64,000 nt of DNA. Origin: Patescibacteria group bacterium. Lineage in GTDB: Bacteria > Patescibacteriota > Patescibacteriia > UBA10025 > JAHIVO01. The notes beneath the pieces were generated by a model, which worked only from the letters and a program-made list of their open reading frames with translations, was not told the origin of the DNA and made no database searches. Shown piece by piece: positions 37,387 to 47,071 of the stretch (its first letter is position 1; the number at the start of each line of letters is the position of its first letter). The stretch spans positions 136-64,135 of the forward strand of contig JAXDBW010000042.1 of the NCBI GenBank assembly GCA_034678405.1, read 5' to 3'. A program made the position numbers and the translations under genes.

Positions 37387-38025
37387 TTACCAGCGCGTAT
37401 GGTCGGCGATATACTGCACCACCCGCGTCATTTCCTCAGTATGACCGCTGCCCGGACTAGTAGCGTTGATCATAAATACAGCGCCTTTCGTATCTGGGGG
37501 AGCCGCATAGATACGAGCCCGATAGGCGTCCGCGTACTCGGACTCCACATAAAATGTCTCAAACGTACCCTCCACGCCATCGACCGTATAGGGCTCTGAC
37601 TGGAGGTCCGTTTTGGTGATATGCGCCGTACCTTGCTGATCTTCTCCCTGGAGCATGAGGTCGCCGGCTAGATATATCGTAACGGTGATACAGTCATCCC
37701 GTTTGAGCAGATCTAGGATCGAGGCCTCTGCGCAGGCTTCACTATTTGCGACCTGGAAACCGCGTGTCCCCGAAACTGAACTGTTGATATCCTGACGCAT
37801 CACGTAGTCCTCGGGATAGGCGGTCCGGTAACCCACATCTTCGAGCCGGACTTCGTGCTCGTCCCGCAGGCCGACCGTCACCAGCGCATCATCAATGACA
37901 GAAGTGCTGGTATAGAGATAATACCCTCCCCCGCCGACGATAAGCAGGATAATAATAATCCAGCGCACGACGTGGTGCGAGGACGTGACTCCCGGATACT
38001 GATCGATATCGACGGGCTCGGTCAT
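37387..38025 (-). CDS. Membrane-anchored PsbP-like extracellular protein
   Basis: TM helix, GYRTAYPEDY and YTVDGVEG segments. Confidence 0.6.
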   Translation of the reverse strand: MTEPVDIDQYPGVTSSHHVVRWIIIILLIVGGGGYYLYTSTSVIDDALVTVGLRDEHEVRLEDVGYRTAYPEDYVMRQDINSSVSGTRGFQVANSEACAEASILDLLKRDDCITVTIYLAGDLMLQGEDQQGTAHITKTDLQSEPYTVDGVEGTFETFYVESEYADAYRARIYAAPPDTKGAVFMINATSPGSGHTEEMTRVVQYIADHTRW

Positions 38026-38162
38026 ATTAGTTGCGTGTTATTTTTGGTATTAATAGTATCTATATACAGTATACCACACTGTCGCCCCGCAGCACCTCGG
38101 TAAAAAACCACCCGCCTCGCTGGAGGGAAAAGGCGGGTGTGGATTATGGCTGACGGGTGGCG

Positions 38163-38498
38163 CTACGGCCGCCGGTCAGACAAATCAGGTGACCAAATCG
38201 CCTTCGCGACGGTCACAGCGAACTTCAGCCGTTTGAAGGTCGGGAATGCCTTGATCCATTCCTCGTCCATCTGCTGCAGCTGCTCGTCTGCCTGTTCGAC
38301 CGCTTCGAGCACCTGGCTGATCACCTCGGGCGTCGGTTTCTCGCCGAGATTGACCGTCAGGTTGAAAAGCCTGACCGCGATATATGTCTGCTGCTCCTCG
38401 CTGAGCCCATACCGCTCGGCCCACCGCTCCTGCACCTGGGTGCGAACTGCCAGCATATGCTGGAATCCTGTACTAATATCAAACCGTACTTTCAGCAT
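38163..38498 (-). CDS. Small helical hypothetical protein
   Basis: AAGGAG SD; terminator 38102-38142. Confidence 0.6.
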   Translation of the reverse strand: MLKVRFDISTGFQHMLAVRTQVQERWAERYGLSEEQQTYIAVRLFNLTVNLGEKPTPEVISQVLEAVEQADEQLQQMDEEWIKAFPTFKRLKFAVTVAKAIWSPDLSDRRP

Positions 38499-38630
38499 AA
38501 AAAGTCTCCTTTCAGACCTTTTCGGGGTTGAAGTGTTTTCAACGTTCTCTATTGTATTGTTTCCTCCAGCAGTAGAGTATAAAGTACAAATCATACTCCG
38601 TCAACCCCCAGCACCTCCTGACCACCCTCT

Positions 38631-38665
38631 TGTCATCCTGAAGGAATGTAATGACTGAAGGATAT
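38631..38665. repeat. Solo left arm of the TGTCAT palindromic element
   Basis: TGTCATCCTGAAGGAATGTAATGACTGAAGGATAT, compare 45591. Confidence 0.65.
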
Positions 38666-38747
38666 AACTATATCCTTCAAAAGTATCAGTAAAATATGCT
38701 AGACTTATGAGAGGAGGGCTTGGTATTGAGATTAATGAATATAATCC

Positions 38748-40001
38748 ATGTCTATCGAATCCAGTCCTGATGCTGGTGAAATTATAGCAAACGAAACGGT
38801 AGCAGAATTTGAACCAGCGCCTGCGCCTGAACAAGTCGAAAACCAGCAGGAGTTTGTCGACATTACTGATATCCCAGAAAATAACAACGACCTGCTGCAG
38901 GCTATCGAGGCGGAAAATCAAAATGAAGCGCTCGATTATTTCGAAACGCGGCGGAAACTAGAGAGTTTGGATGAAACACAAGTCGAGCGGATGTGGGCTG
39001 AGGTCGGAGATAGGCTGAAAGAAAACGGCATTTTCACCAATCATGCCGAGGAAGGCATCGATGTGTTTAGCAGAAAAAGTGAATGGACTTCCCCCTATCC
39101 GGTCAATCGCCTCAGTCAGGAAGAAATCCATGCAAATTTCAAAAAGAAATATGCTAATATCTCCGGATTTTATGAAGGTGGTGTTGTATTTATAAATGAA
39201 GCTGCTAATGCAAAACGGCAAACGCCCGCCCGAGAGAACTTAGCTTCGCTGGCTGCGGGGTATGGGCTGGGCGAAGAAACAGATACATTCATTCATGAAA
39301 TATACCATGGCTTCCAAGATTTAGATCCGGAGGAAGTCAAAAAATATCAAGAAGAAGTACGCCGTATCACCGATCAAATAAAAGCTATTGAAATAGAAGC
39401 ACAGATAAAAGGTCAGTACGGATACGAAGCCATCCCCTTGCGCGGCCAGCTGATCAGAATGAGAGAGGCGCTGATGGGAACGCGAAAAGACCGTTCATCT
39501 CATACCGACGATCAATTAGCTGATGATGCGATTGCACAAGAAATGCACGCACACATGTTCTCTGACCCCACGCGGTATAGGGGCAAGATAGAATCCTATA
39601 CCGAGGAGGGAGTGGTCAATGCCTATATGGAGATGCCGATACGCAGGGTATATGAAAAAATGATTGGGACCAGGAGAGATACTGAGGATACAGAAAGAAC
39701 CTATAGATATGACTATATGAAAGGTAAAGAAGATCAAGCGTTCATGGCGTTTCAGCAGATCGAAGGATTGCGGGCGCTTGGCATGAATAATTTAGAAATT
39801 GGGCGGATCATAGCTGAAGATGAATATGACAGTGAACAGGGGTACTACAAAAAATTACAAGAAGCAATATTTCAGCAACGAGAGAAACTCGGCATCGACC
39901 GAGACCAGCATCTGAAGATTGTAAAACGTTTTCGGCTGGATACCATTCATAAGGCACTCCAGGCCAGAAATATTGTGGGAAACGCGGTACGTACTATCTG
40001 A
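38748..40001 (+). CDS. Acidic HExxH (zincin-like) protein
   Basis: SGFY, FIHEIYH and QEMHAH motifs; AT-richer than flanks. Confidence 0.7.
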   Translation: MSIESSPDAGEIIANETVAEFEPAPAPEQVENQQEFVDITDIPENNNDLLQAIEAENQNEALDYFETRRKLESLDETQVERMWAEVGDRLKENGIFTNHAEEGIDVFSRKSEWTSPYPVNRLSQEEIHANFKKKYANISGFYEGGVVFINEAANAKRQTPARENLASLAAGYGLGEETDTFIHEIYHGFQDLDPEEVKKYQEEVRRITDQIKAIEIEAQIKGQYGYEAIPLRGQLIRMREALMGTRKDRSSHTDDQLADDAIAQEMHAHMFSDPTRYRGKIESYTEEGVVNAYMEMPIRRVYEKMIGTRRDTEDTERTYRYDYMKGKEDQAFMAFQQIEGLRALGMNNLEIGRIIAEDEYDSEQGYYKKLQEAIFQQREKLGIDRDQHLKIVKRFRLDTIHKALQARNIVGNAVRTI

Positions 40002-40017
40002 TACCTCCTATCATACT

Positions 40018-40371
40018 ATGCCACACATCATCCAATATAGATGCGAAAATTACGAAAAGTGTCACTTTGGAATAATTGACACTGGCCCAACCATGAACGT
40101 TAGATTGGAAGATGGCACTATAGAAAAACTGCCACATCCATCTGAGGAAGCGAGAGCTCTGGCAGTAACTGGCAAGAGCCTAGGTGAATTAGCAGAAGAA
40201 AAAAGAATTTTTTACCAAGAGAGCAAATTTTGCACCAGATGTCTGAAGGTGGCGGAGGAATGCGTGTGTCAGGATACAGCTGCGCATATACCGATGTCAG
40301 AGCTAGAGGGCAAAAAATGTTTCGTGTGTAAAACGGGAATTATAAAAAAGAGCGCGGTCGGCATGTCGTGA
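40018..40371 (+). CDS. Small Cys-rich zinc-binding protein
   Basis: C.NYEKC, LPHP, CTRC, C.C and CFVC motifs. Confidence 0.65.
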   Translation: MPHIIQYRCENYEKCHFGIIDTGPTMNVRLEDGTIEKLPHPSEEARALAVTGKSLGELAEEKRIFYQESKFCTRCLKVAEECVCQDTAAHIPMSELEGKKCFVCKTGIIKKSAVGMS

Positions 40372-40406
40372 GCGCACCACCCTCTAGCCGTCCTGAATAA
40401 AAACAT

Positions 40407-40522
40407 TGTCATCCTGAACCCGAAGGTCCTGATGGAAATCAGGATCTCAAAAAAATCCACAGTGGATTGTTTGAGATTCCGGGTCCCCGTAGAGTGACGG
40501 GGCAGGCAAGCCCGGAATGACA
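40407..40522. repeat. TGTCAT...ATGACA palindromic (REP/MITE-like) element with a nested insert
   Basis: TGTCATCCTGAAC...AGGATCT / AGATTCCGGGTC[CCCGTAGAGTGACGGGGCAGGC]AAGCCCGGAATGACA. Confidence 0.75.
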
Positions 40523-40530
40523 ATCGTTTT

Positions 40531-40989
40531 TTAGGATACCTTCAAAACCTCCGCCAGTATCGGATGCGAGAAATACGCCAGCACGTCGAAATCAGGGTCG
40601 GATAGCTCCATCATCTCCATCCCCGGCCGCTCAATGATCTGATACCCTGGCTTGCCGAGATACTTACGCTTAAACGCTGGATAATCACTCAACGTAAAAT
40701 CCGCATCGCCCCTCTCTGGCCGGTCCGCGGCTGGTTTGCGTACTTTCACTATCTTCAATGGATCGGCTACCGTTTCAATCGGCTCGGCTAGCAAATACAC
40801 ATTCCCCATCTTCGTCTCCTGCACGACTCTGCCCATTTCCCCGACGGCCGTATCCATCTGCTGATACTCCGCCTCTGACTGCGCGAAAATGCACGCGTAA
40901 TTCACCGGCACGCCTTTTGCATCGGTGTGCTTGTCTTTTAATCGCTCGGCGTCCCGGACGATGGATTGAATTATGCTGATTACATTCAT
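40531..40989 (-). CDS. Conserved hypothetical protein (VOC/YecM-like)
   Basis: NYACIF, KVRKP, ERGDADF and MMELSDP segments. Confidence 0.65.
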   Translation of the reverse strand: MNVISIIQSIVRDAERLKDKHTDAKGVPVNYACIFAQSEAEYQQMDTAVGEMGRVVQETKMGNVYLLAEPIETVADPLKIVKVRKPAADRPERGDADFTLSDYPAFKRKYLGKPGYQIIERPGMEMMELSDPDFDVLAYFSHPILAEVLKVS

Positions 40990-41324
40990 GACATTTTCTT
41001 AATCTTCTTCGTTACCGCGTCCTGAAATATGCGAAATGCTTTGCGTTTCTCCTTCGGATAGATATAGGGAATACCCAGCACGAAACCACACGATCTACAC
41101 TTCAGCGGGCCAATACTTGCCAAGTCCTTCTTCTGTAAATCAACCAACCGCTCTGGACTCATGATCCGGTCCATATACAACCGTCGTAGGTTCCCCGGGC
41201 CATCTTTTTGATAAACTAGTACCGCTGCCCCACACTGCTGACACGAAATATCCAGCAGCCGTGAATATCCTCCCCGAGCGCTTTTGTATTTGTCTCGCTT
41301 GAGTGTGAGTTGTTTCTTTTTCAT
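40986..41324 (-). CDS. Small basic zinc-ribbon protein
   Basis: CQQC...YQKDGPG.L.RLY.DRI...CRSC; start placed at MKKKQL. Confidence 0.7.
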   Translation of the reverse strand: MKKKQLTLKRDKYKSARGGYSRLLDISCQQCGAAVLVYQKDGPGNLRRLYMDRIMSPERLVDLQKKDLASIGPLKCRSCGFVLGIPYIYPKEKRKAFRIFQDAVTKKIKKMS

Positions 41325-41385
41325 GCGATTAGTATACCAAAAATCTCCGCTCCCCGCCTGTTGGGGGTGGTTTTGGGGCATTTTA

Positions 41386-42300
41386 CTACCGCGTGGATTC
41401 CTCCACACCCCTAATAAGAGTCTCGAGGTGTGATTTCAAATTATCCTGGCTTAAAATAACTATCTCAAGGGTTTTTTCGCGTTTAGTGCGTCTTGGAGGG
41501 AGTCGATTGGAGTATTTTCTCCAAAATTTCTCTCGCAGCGGATACTCATAAATTACAGAACCCACATCTTTACATGACCACGCCTCTTGATTAATCACCT
41601 GACCATCAGCAAGCAACTCATCGTTTATTGAACAGAATTGCATCTGATTATTTGTAATAAGTAGTGGATGAAAAAGTAATTTATTGACGGAGCCAGATCT
41701 TACTTTTTCGTTTTCCTCAATGATCCATTTTGTATATTGATCGACAAAGAAGCGTTGTGCTAAAGATACCTGATGACATGCCTTGAATATTGGTTCATTT
41801 GAAGTTAAAAAATATTGATCCTTGTCGTCTTTCTTCAGCACATAGCCCTGTTCCGCATAACTATATGCATTCGTTAAAAGAAATACGTTGCTGGACAATT
41901 CATAGCTTTTTGAAGGAGGGGCGAGATCCCCACCACGATTTCCAGGATCATCAATTACCTTTATACATTCCATACTATAGGGAACCTCCTCCTCACCAAA
42001 AAAGACCCAAGAGGCGGTGTTCTTTTTTCTGTACTCCTCAATATTACTAGGATTATGATACTTACACTCAATAATTAAAAAAACTATGTAATCGTTAATT
42101 ACCTTACTGGCAATTATATCAACGGCCGAATCATCAGTATCTTTATATCTAAAATCACTTGCACCAGATACTGGAAATTCAATATCAGAAATTTCAAAGC
42201 CGTACTTTGACAGTAAAATCTGAGACTTCTTCTGAAATGAAATCCCAGAATTGCTAATCGCCTCTATTTGTCCCTGTTCCATTTCTCCAACATAATTCAC
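41386..42300 (-). CDS. AT-rich PD-(D/E)xK nuclease-like protein
   Basis: SGISFQ, EFP, VDIIA and IIECK motif order. Confidence 0.65.
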   Translation of the reverse strand: MNYVGEMEQGQIEAISNSGISFQKKSQILLSKYGFEISDIEFPVSGASDFRYKDTDDSAVDIIASKVINDYIVFLIIECKYHNPSNIEEYRKKNTASWVFFGEEEVPYSMECIKVIDDPGNRGGDLAPPSKSYELSSNVFLLTNAYSYAEQGYVLKKDDKDQYFLTSNEPIFKACHQVSLAQRFFVDQYTKWIIEENEKVRSGSVNKLLFHPLLITNNQMQFCSINDELLADGQVINQEAWSCKDVGSVIYEYPLREKFWRKYSNRLPPRRTKREKTLEIVILSQDNLKSHLETLIRGVEESTR

Positions 42301-42320
42301 TTATGTACACAGTATACACC

Positions 42321-42344
42321 AAAAGAGCCCCTTGCGGGGCTCTT
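42321..42344 (-). terminator. dnaK intrinsic terminator
   Basis: AAGAGCCCC-GCAA-GGGGCTCTT TT. Confidence 0.8.
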
Positions 42345-42351
42345 GGAGATA

Positions 42352-44283
42352 TTACTTCTTGTCTTCCTTTTTGACGTCCTCGTACTCTGCTTCGACGGGA
42401 CCGTCTTTCTTATCGTCCTTCTGCTCGGCTCCGGGCTGTGCGCCGGGTTGGCCCTGGGGACCACCCTGTCCGGGCTGACCCTTTTGGTCGCCGTACATGG
42501 CCTGGCCGATCTTCTGGACGGTTTGATTCAGATCTTCGACTGCTTTCTTGATGGCGTCGACATCATCCTTATCCTTCACCTCGTTGACTGCCTTCACCTT
42601 CTCTTCGATTTCTTTCTTCACGTCATCCTTGACCTTGTCCCCGGCATCTTTGAGTGCCTTCTCGGCGGTGTAGGTCAGGGTCTCGGCCTGGTTACGGATT
42701 TCGATCAGTTCTTTCTTCTTCGTATCTTCTGCTTCGTGTGCCTGCGCGTCCTGTTTCATCTTCTCTACTTCTTCCTTGGATAATCCAGAAGAGGCAGTGA
42801 TAGTGATGGATTGCTCCTTGCCAGAGGCTTTGTCTTTGGCTTTCACATTCAGGATACCATTGGCATCAATGTCGAATGACACCTCTACCTGCGGGACGCC
42901 GCGTGGTGACGGCGGGATACCGGAGAGGATGAAGCGACCGAGGGTCTTATTATCCGTGGCCATGGGGCGTTCGCCCTGCAGCACGTGAACCTCGACTGAC
43001 GTCTGGTTATCAGCGGCAGTAGAGAAGACCTGCGATTTGCTGGTCGGGATAGTGGTGTTACGTTCGATTAACGGCGTGGAGACACCACCGAGGGTTTCGA
43101 TACCGAGAGTTAATGGAGTGACGTCGAGTAAGAGTACGTCCTTCACATCACCCTGCAGCACGCCAGCCTGGACCGCGGCGCCCATGGCGACCACTTCGTC
43201 CGGGTTTACACCCACGTGGGGTTTCTTGCCAAAATATTTCTCGACGACTTCGAGCACCTTCGGCATGCGGGTCATACCACCCACCATGATCACCTCTTCG
43301 ATGTCCTTGGCTTCCATTTTCGCATCCTCGAGGGCTTTCTTCAGGGGTTCGATGGTTTTCTCGATGAGGTCCTCGACGAGTGATTCCAGTTTCGCCCGAG
43401 TGAGTTTCAGGTTCATGTGTTTCGGACCAGATGAGTCAGTGGTGATAAACGGCAGGTTGACCTCTGTCTCAGTCGTGGTAGAGAGTTCGATCTTGGCTTT
43501 CTCCGCGGCTTCTTTCAGACGCTGGAGGGCCATCTGATCCTTGGACAGGTCGATACCCTGGTCCTTGGTAAATTCCTCTACCAGCCAGTCGATAATGCGT
43601 TTGTCAAAATCATCACCACCGAGGTGAGTATCACCGTTGGTGGATTTCACTTCCACGGTGTCCTCAGAGATGTCCAGGATAGAGATATCAAACGTACCGC
43701 CACCCAAGTCATAGACCGCGACTTGCTGGTTTTTCTTCTTATCAAATCCATAGGCCAGCGCAGCTGCCGTGGGTTCGTTGATGATACGCTTGACCTTCAG
43801 CCCTGCGATTTCACCAGCGTCCTTCGTGGCCTGCCGCTGTGAGTCATCGAAATACGCCGGCACGGTAATGACAGCTTCTTCGATCTTCTCACCGATTTTG
43901 GCTTCGGCGTCGGATTTCAGCTTCTGGAGGATCATGGCGGAGACTTCCTGCGGGGTGTAGAGATTGTCACCCATCTTTACCTTCACGCCCTGACCAGCCT
44001 GCTCGATCTTGTACGGCATGGTTTTCACATCATGCTGCACTTCGTCGTCATCCCAGTGGCGGCCGATGAGGCGTTTCACTGAGAAGACGGTGTTTTCCGG
44101 ATTGGTGACCGCTTGGCGTTTGGCGACTTGGCCGACGAGGCGTTCGCCAGTCTTACTGATCGCCACCATTGACGGAGTCGTCCGGTTGCCTTCTTTGTTT
44201 TCGATCACTTTCGGTTCGCCACCTTCCACGATTGCCATGGCTGAGTTGGTCGTACCGAGATCGATTCCGAGAATCTTTGACAT
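42352..44283 (-). CDS. dnaK: Chaperone DnaK
   Basis: [23 protein letters not shown] and NPDEVVA motifs. Confidence 0.99.
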   Translation of the reverse strand: MSKILGIDLGTTNSAMAIVEGGEPKVIENKEGNRTTPSMVAISKTGERLVGQVAKRQAVTNPENTVFSVKRLIGRHWDDDEVQHDVKTMPYKIEQAGQGVKVKMGDNLYTPQEVSAMILQKLKSDAEAKIGEKIEEAVITVPAYFDDSQRQATKDAGEIAGLKVKRIINEPTAAALAYGFDKKKNQQVAVYDLGGGTFDISILDISEDTVEVKSTNGDTHLGGDDFDKRIIDWLVEEFTKDQGIDLSKDQMALQRLKEAAEKAKIELSTTTETEVNLPFITTDSSGPKHMNLKLTRAKLESLVEDLIEKTIEPLKKALEDAKMEAKDIEEVIMVGGMTRMPKVLEVVEKYFGKKPHVGVNPDEVVAMGAAVQAGVLQGDVKDVLLLDVTPLTLGIETLGGVSTPLIERNTTIPTSKSQVFSTAADNQTSVEVHVLQGERPMATDNKTLGRFILSGIPPSPRGVPQVEVSFDIDANGILNVKAKDKASGKEQSITITASSGLSKEEVEKMKQDAQAHEAEDTKKKELIEIRNQAETLTYTAEKALKDAGDKVKDDVKKEIEEKVKAVNEVKDKDDVDAIKKAVEDLNQTVQKIGQAMYGDQKGQPGQGGPQGQPGAQPGAEQKDDKKDGPVEAEYEDVKKEDKK

Positions 44284-44330
44284 AGTGTTATTCGTTAATC
44301 CTTTCTAAATTGGTTAGGTTAATATTTCCG

Positions 44331-44430
44331 TGTCACTCTGAACCCGTTCGCTTTCACTCAGGGCATGCTCAGTGAAGAGTCTCCTAGCCATTACATGGCT
44401 AGGGGTTCCTTCGCTTCGCTCAGGATGACA
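44331..44430. repeat. TGTCA...TGACA palindromic element with a nested 25-nt-type insert
   Basis: TGTCACTCTGAA[CCCGTTCGCTTTCACTCAGGGCATG]CTCAGTGAAGAGTCT ... CCTTCGCTTCGCTCAGGATGACA. Confidence 0.75.
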
Positions 44431-44441
44431 ATGTGCATTGG

Positions 44442-44801
44442 TTAATTAAGAAAATTATCTGTTTTCTCCAGGGCTTCATGGATAGCCAGGACGTCTTCGC
44501 CCCGTACCCGTTCACCATCCTGGAATCTAAGTACTTCATGCCGCTCGAGGTCAGTCAGGGTACTGGCTACTTTCAGACCCTGCTGCGACATAGAGATGAG
44601 GGACATGGCCGCACTCTGGCAGGTGGTGCATTTGATATACATCAGGGTCGCACCGTCTTCCTCCTGGATGACGTCGATTTTATTGAAGTCGTACATGCTG
44701 CGGCAGACCGGGCAGCGGGCGTCTATTTTGATCCGCTCCGGGCGGCCACCCTGCTGGTCATTGCCGAAATTGCTGTTGAAATTGTTATTGATTGCGCTCA
44801 T
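44442..44801 (-). CDS. Small zinc-ribbon protein within the heat-shock operon
   Basis: CPVC...CTTC, LTDL and DVLAIHE segments. Confidence 0.75.
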   Translation of the reverse strand: MSAINNNFNSNFGNDQQGGRPERIKIDARCPVCRSMYDFNKIDVIQEEDGATLMYIKCTTCQSAAMSLISMSQQGLKVASTLTDLERHEVLRFQDGERVRGEDVLAIHEALEKTDNFLN

Positions 44802-44836
44802 GTATTGTATTGGGTAATGGGTTATCCCTCACCGAT

Positions 44837-44944
44837 TGTCATCCCGAGCAACGCCGAGGGATCTCTGTGAATGGCTGCCGCGTCGGGTAACCGAGATGCT
44901 TCGGCTTCGTCGCGTATATCTACGCGACTTCGCTCAGCATGACA
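44837..44944. repeat. TGTCAT...ATGACA palindromic element
   Basis: TGTCATCCCGAGCAACGCCGAGGGATCT ... AGATGCTTCGGCTTC[GTCGCGTATATCTACGCGAC]TTCGCTCAGCATGACA. Confidence 0.75.
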
Positions 44945-45057
44945 AGCGTGAGTGCCCCAGAGCCAGAAGATGAGCGAAAGGGGGTGTCCACTCTGGATCT
45001 TCTGGCTCCGGGGGATGACTGAATTATTCAGTCACCGGGTTCCGGATGCCAACGTGG

Positions 45058-45483
45058 TTACTTTTTCACGTTGACCTTGATCGATTTGGGTTTGACTTCT
45101 TCGGCTTTCGGGATGGTGATCTTCAGCATCCCTTTGTCGAAATCAGCCTGGGCGTCGGCGCCCTTCACCTGCGTCGGGAGAGCGACCGCGCGGTAGAATG
45201 AGCCGCTGCGGACCTCTTTGCGGTAGAAATTCTGATCATCGACTTCCCGCTTGTGTTCCATCGTGCCCTCGATCTTCAGGACGTCGTTTTCGATGGTGAT
45301 GTTCACCTTGTCCGGGTCGACGCCGGCCAGCGGGGTTTCTACGATGACATTGTCTTTGTCCTGGTAGATGTCCACCGCGGGGGTGAATGAGTGAGTCTCC
45401 GCCATGCTCATGGGCATGTCCTCGAAAAATTTATCGAAATCGGACATGTCCCAGAATGGACGGTAGCGCATAAGTTGTCGCAT
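45058..45483 (-). CDS. Hsp20/alpha-crystallin small heat-shock protein
   Basis: PAVDIYQ, EVRSGSFYRAVALP and GMLKITIPK motifs. Confidence 0.95.
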   Translation of the reverse strand: MRQLMRYRPFWDMSDFDKFFEDMPMSMAETHSFTPAVDIYQDKDNVIVETPLAGVDPDKVNITIENDVLKIEGTMEHKREVDDQNFYRKEVRSGSFYRAVALPTQVKGADAQADFDKGMLKITIPKAEEVKPKSIKVNVKK

Positions 45484-45590
45484 AGATTTTTGTCCTTTCT
45501 GCCCGATAGGGCGTTAGTTAATTATTTTTTTAATTCCTCATCCCGAACTTGTCTCGGGATCTAATTGGTCATTGTATGATTCAACCGTTT

Positions 45591-45690
45591 TGTCATTCTG
45601 AAGGAGCGACGAGCGACTGAAGAATCTCTATGACTTTTTACTTAGCTCATGAAGATTCTTCGACTCCACTTCGTTTCGCTCAGAATGACA
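45591..45690. repeat. TGTCAT...ATGACA palindromic element
   Basis: TGTCATTCTGAAGGAGCGACGAGCGACTGAAGAATCT ... AGATTCTTCGACTCCACTTCGTTTCGCTCAGAATGACA; extra half arm at 45538-45562. Confidence 0.8.
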
Positions 45691-45708
45691 AAGGGTGGTT
45701 AGTATTTC

Positions 45709-46194
45709 TTACGCTGCCACTTTCACCTTCGCCGGGTCGAGTACCTTGCCATGCATCAGATAGCCGGGCTTCACTTCCTCGATAATCATATCTGCGGCGA
45801 CACCATCTTTCTTTTCTTTACCGACGGCTTCATGTTTCTCTGGGTCGAACTTCTCGCCTTCAGTTTTAATCTCTTCGATGCCGAGCTGCCCCAGAAAATC
45901 AGTCATTTGTTTCTTGATCTGCTCGAGACCCGTCATCCAGTCGCTCTTCTTCTGGTCGTCGGGGATGTGTTTCCAGGCAAGTTTGAAATTGTCATAGATC
46001 GGCAGGAGCTGGAGAATCAGTGAGGCATTAGCGAACTGCACCATTTCCATCTGTTTCTTCTCTGATTCTTTCTTCAGATTGATATAGTCTGCTTTCGCCC
46101 GCTTCCAGCCGTTCATGTATTCGTCCATTTTTGTGTGTGCTACCTCGAGTTCTTTTTGTAATTTCTCTGTCTCGCCTGTATGTTTGTTGTCCAT
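45709..46194 (-). CDS. grpE: Nucleotide exchange factor GrpE
   Basis: RAKADYINLKK, FDPEKHEAV, GY and PAKVKV motifs. Confidence 0.97.
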   Translation of the reverse strand: MDNKHTGETEKLQKELEVAHTKMDEYMNGWKRAKADYINLKKESEKKQMEMVQFANASLILQLLPIYDNFKLAWKHIPDDQKKSDWMTGLEQIKKQMTDFLGQLGIEEIKTEGEKFDPEKHEAVGKEKKDGVAADMIIEEVKPGYLMHGKVLDPAKVKVAA

Positions 46195-46348
46195 GATGAA
46201 GTGTGTCTAAAGTTTAAGGTTGAAAGAGGTATGTATGGAAATATGTTTAAAGTCTTTAGTTACCGACCTATGACCTTCAACCTACATCTATACTTTCCTC
46301 TTTAAACATCCAACATACAACCTACTATCAAGAGCCCTCTATCCTCTA

Positions 46349-47056
46349 TTACGCGTCGCTAAATAATTTCTTGGTAAAGTGGACTAAGGCATAGGTATCT
46401 TCGTAGTTCATCCGCATGGGCCCCAGCACACCGATCAAGCCTGGCTGCTCGCTACCAAACTGGTACGCACTGAAGATCGTGCTGCATTCACTGCCGAAAG
46501 GATTCTCTGAGCCGACCAGTACGCGCGGGTTGTCCGTCACTTTATTGAAGAGCTGCACGATGACGTCGTCGAGATGATCGACGATTTCCGTCATATTGCG
46601 GATCAGGTCAATGTCTTTGAATTCTGGTTTGTTAAATAAATTGGACAGGCCCGTGTAGTATACGTTGTCGGGATTGAAGCCGACAAAAACGGCATTCTGC
46701 GAGAGTTGCGCCAGTGTGCGAGCCACCTCTTTCACGGCGACTTCCTTGTCCGCCTCTTTGCGTTTGTGCAGCGCCTTCTGCAGGAGCGTCATATCGCCTT
46801 TGGTAGGCTCTTTTTCCACCAGGAAGTTCTCGATATAGTACTGCCAGCCTTTCTCAGTGGGGACGCGTCCGGCGGAGGTATGCGGCTGATAAATCAGGCC
46901 TTCTTCTTCGAGATCGGCCATTTCATTGCGAATGGTAGCGGATGACAGCTGCAGGTCGTATTTATCCACAAGCGCCTTCGAAGGCACGGTTTTTCCCATG
47001 CTTCCGACGTGTTCGTTGATAATTGCGCTAAGAATAGCCTTTTTTCGTTCTTTCAT
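46349..47056 (-). CDS. hrcA: Heat-inducible repressor HrcA (short form)
   Basis: SSATIRNEMADLE, QPHTSAGRVPT and GVLGPMRMNY motifs. Confidence 0.95.
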   Translation of the reverse strand: MKERKKAILSAIINEHVGSMGKTVPSKALVDKYDLQLSSATIRNEMADLEEEGLIYQPHTSAGRVPTEKGWQYYIENFLVEKEPTKGDMTLLQKALHKRKEADKEVAVKEVARTLAQLSQNAVFVGFNPDNVYYTGLSNLFNKPEFKDIDLIRNMTEIVDHLDDVIVQLFNKVTDNPRVLVGSENPFGSECSTIFSAYQFGSEQPGLIGVLGPMRMNYEDTYALVHFTKKLFSDA

Positions 47057-47071
47057 ATGCTACGCAAAGGT

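Noticed and set aside
40407-45690. Autonomous IS elements
   Set aside because: Too short, with no transposase ORF and no consistent target duplication; kept as REP/MITE-like repeats.
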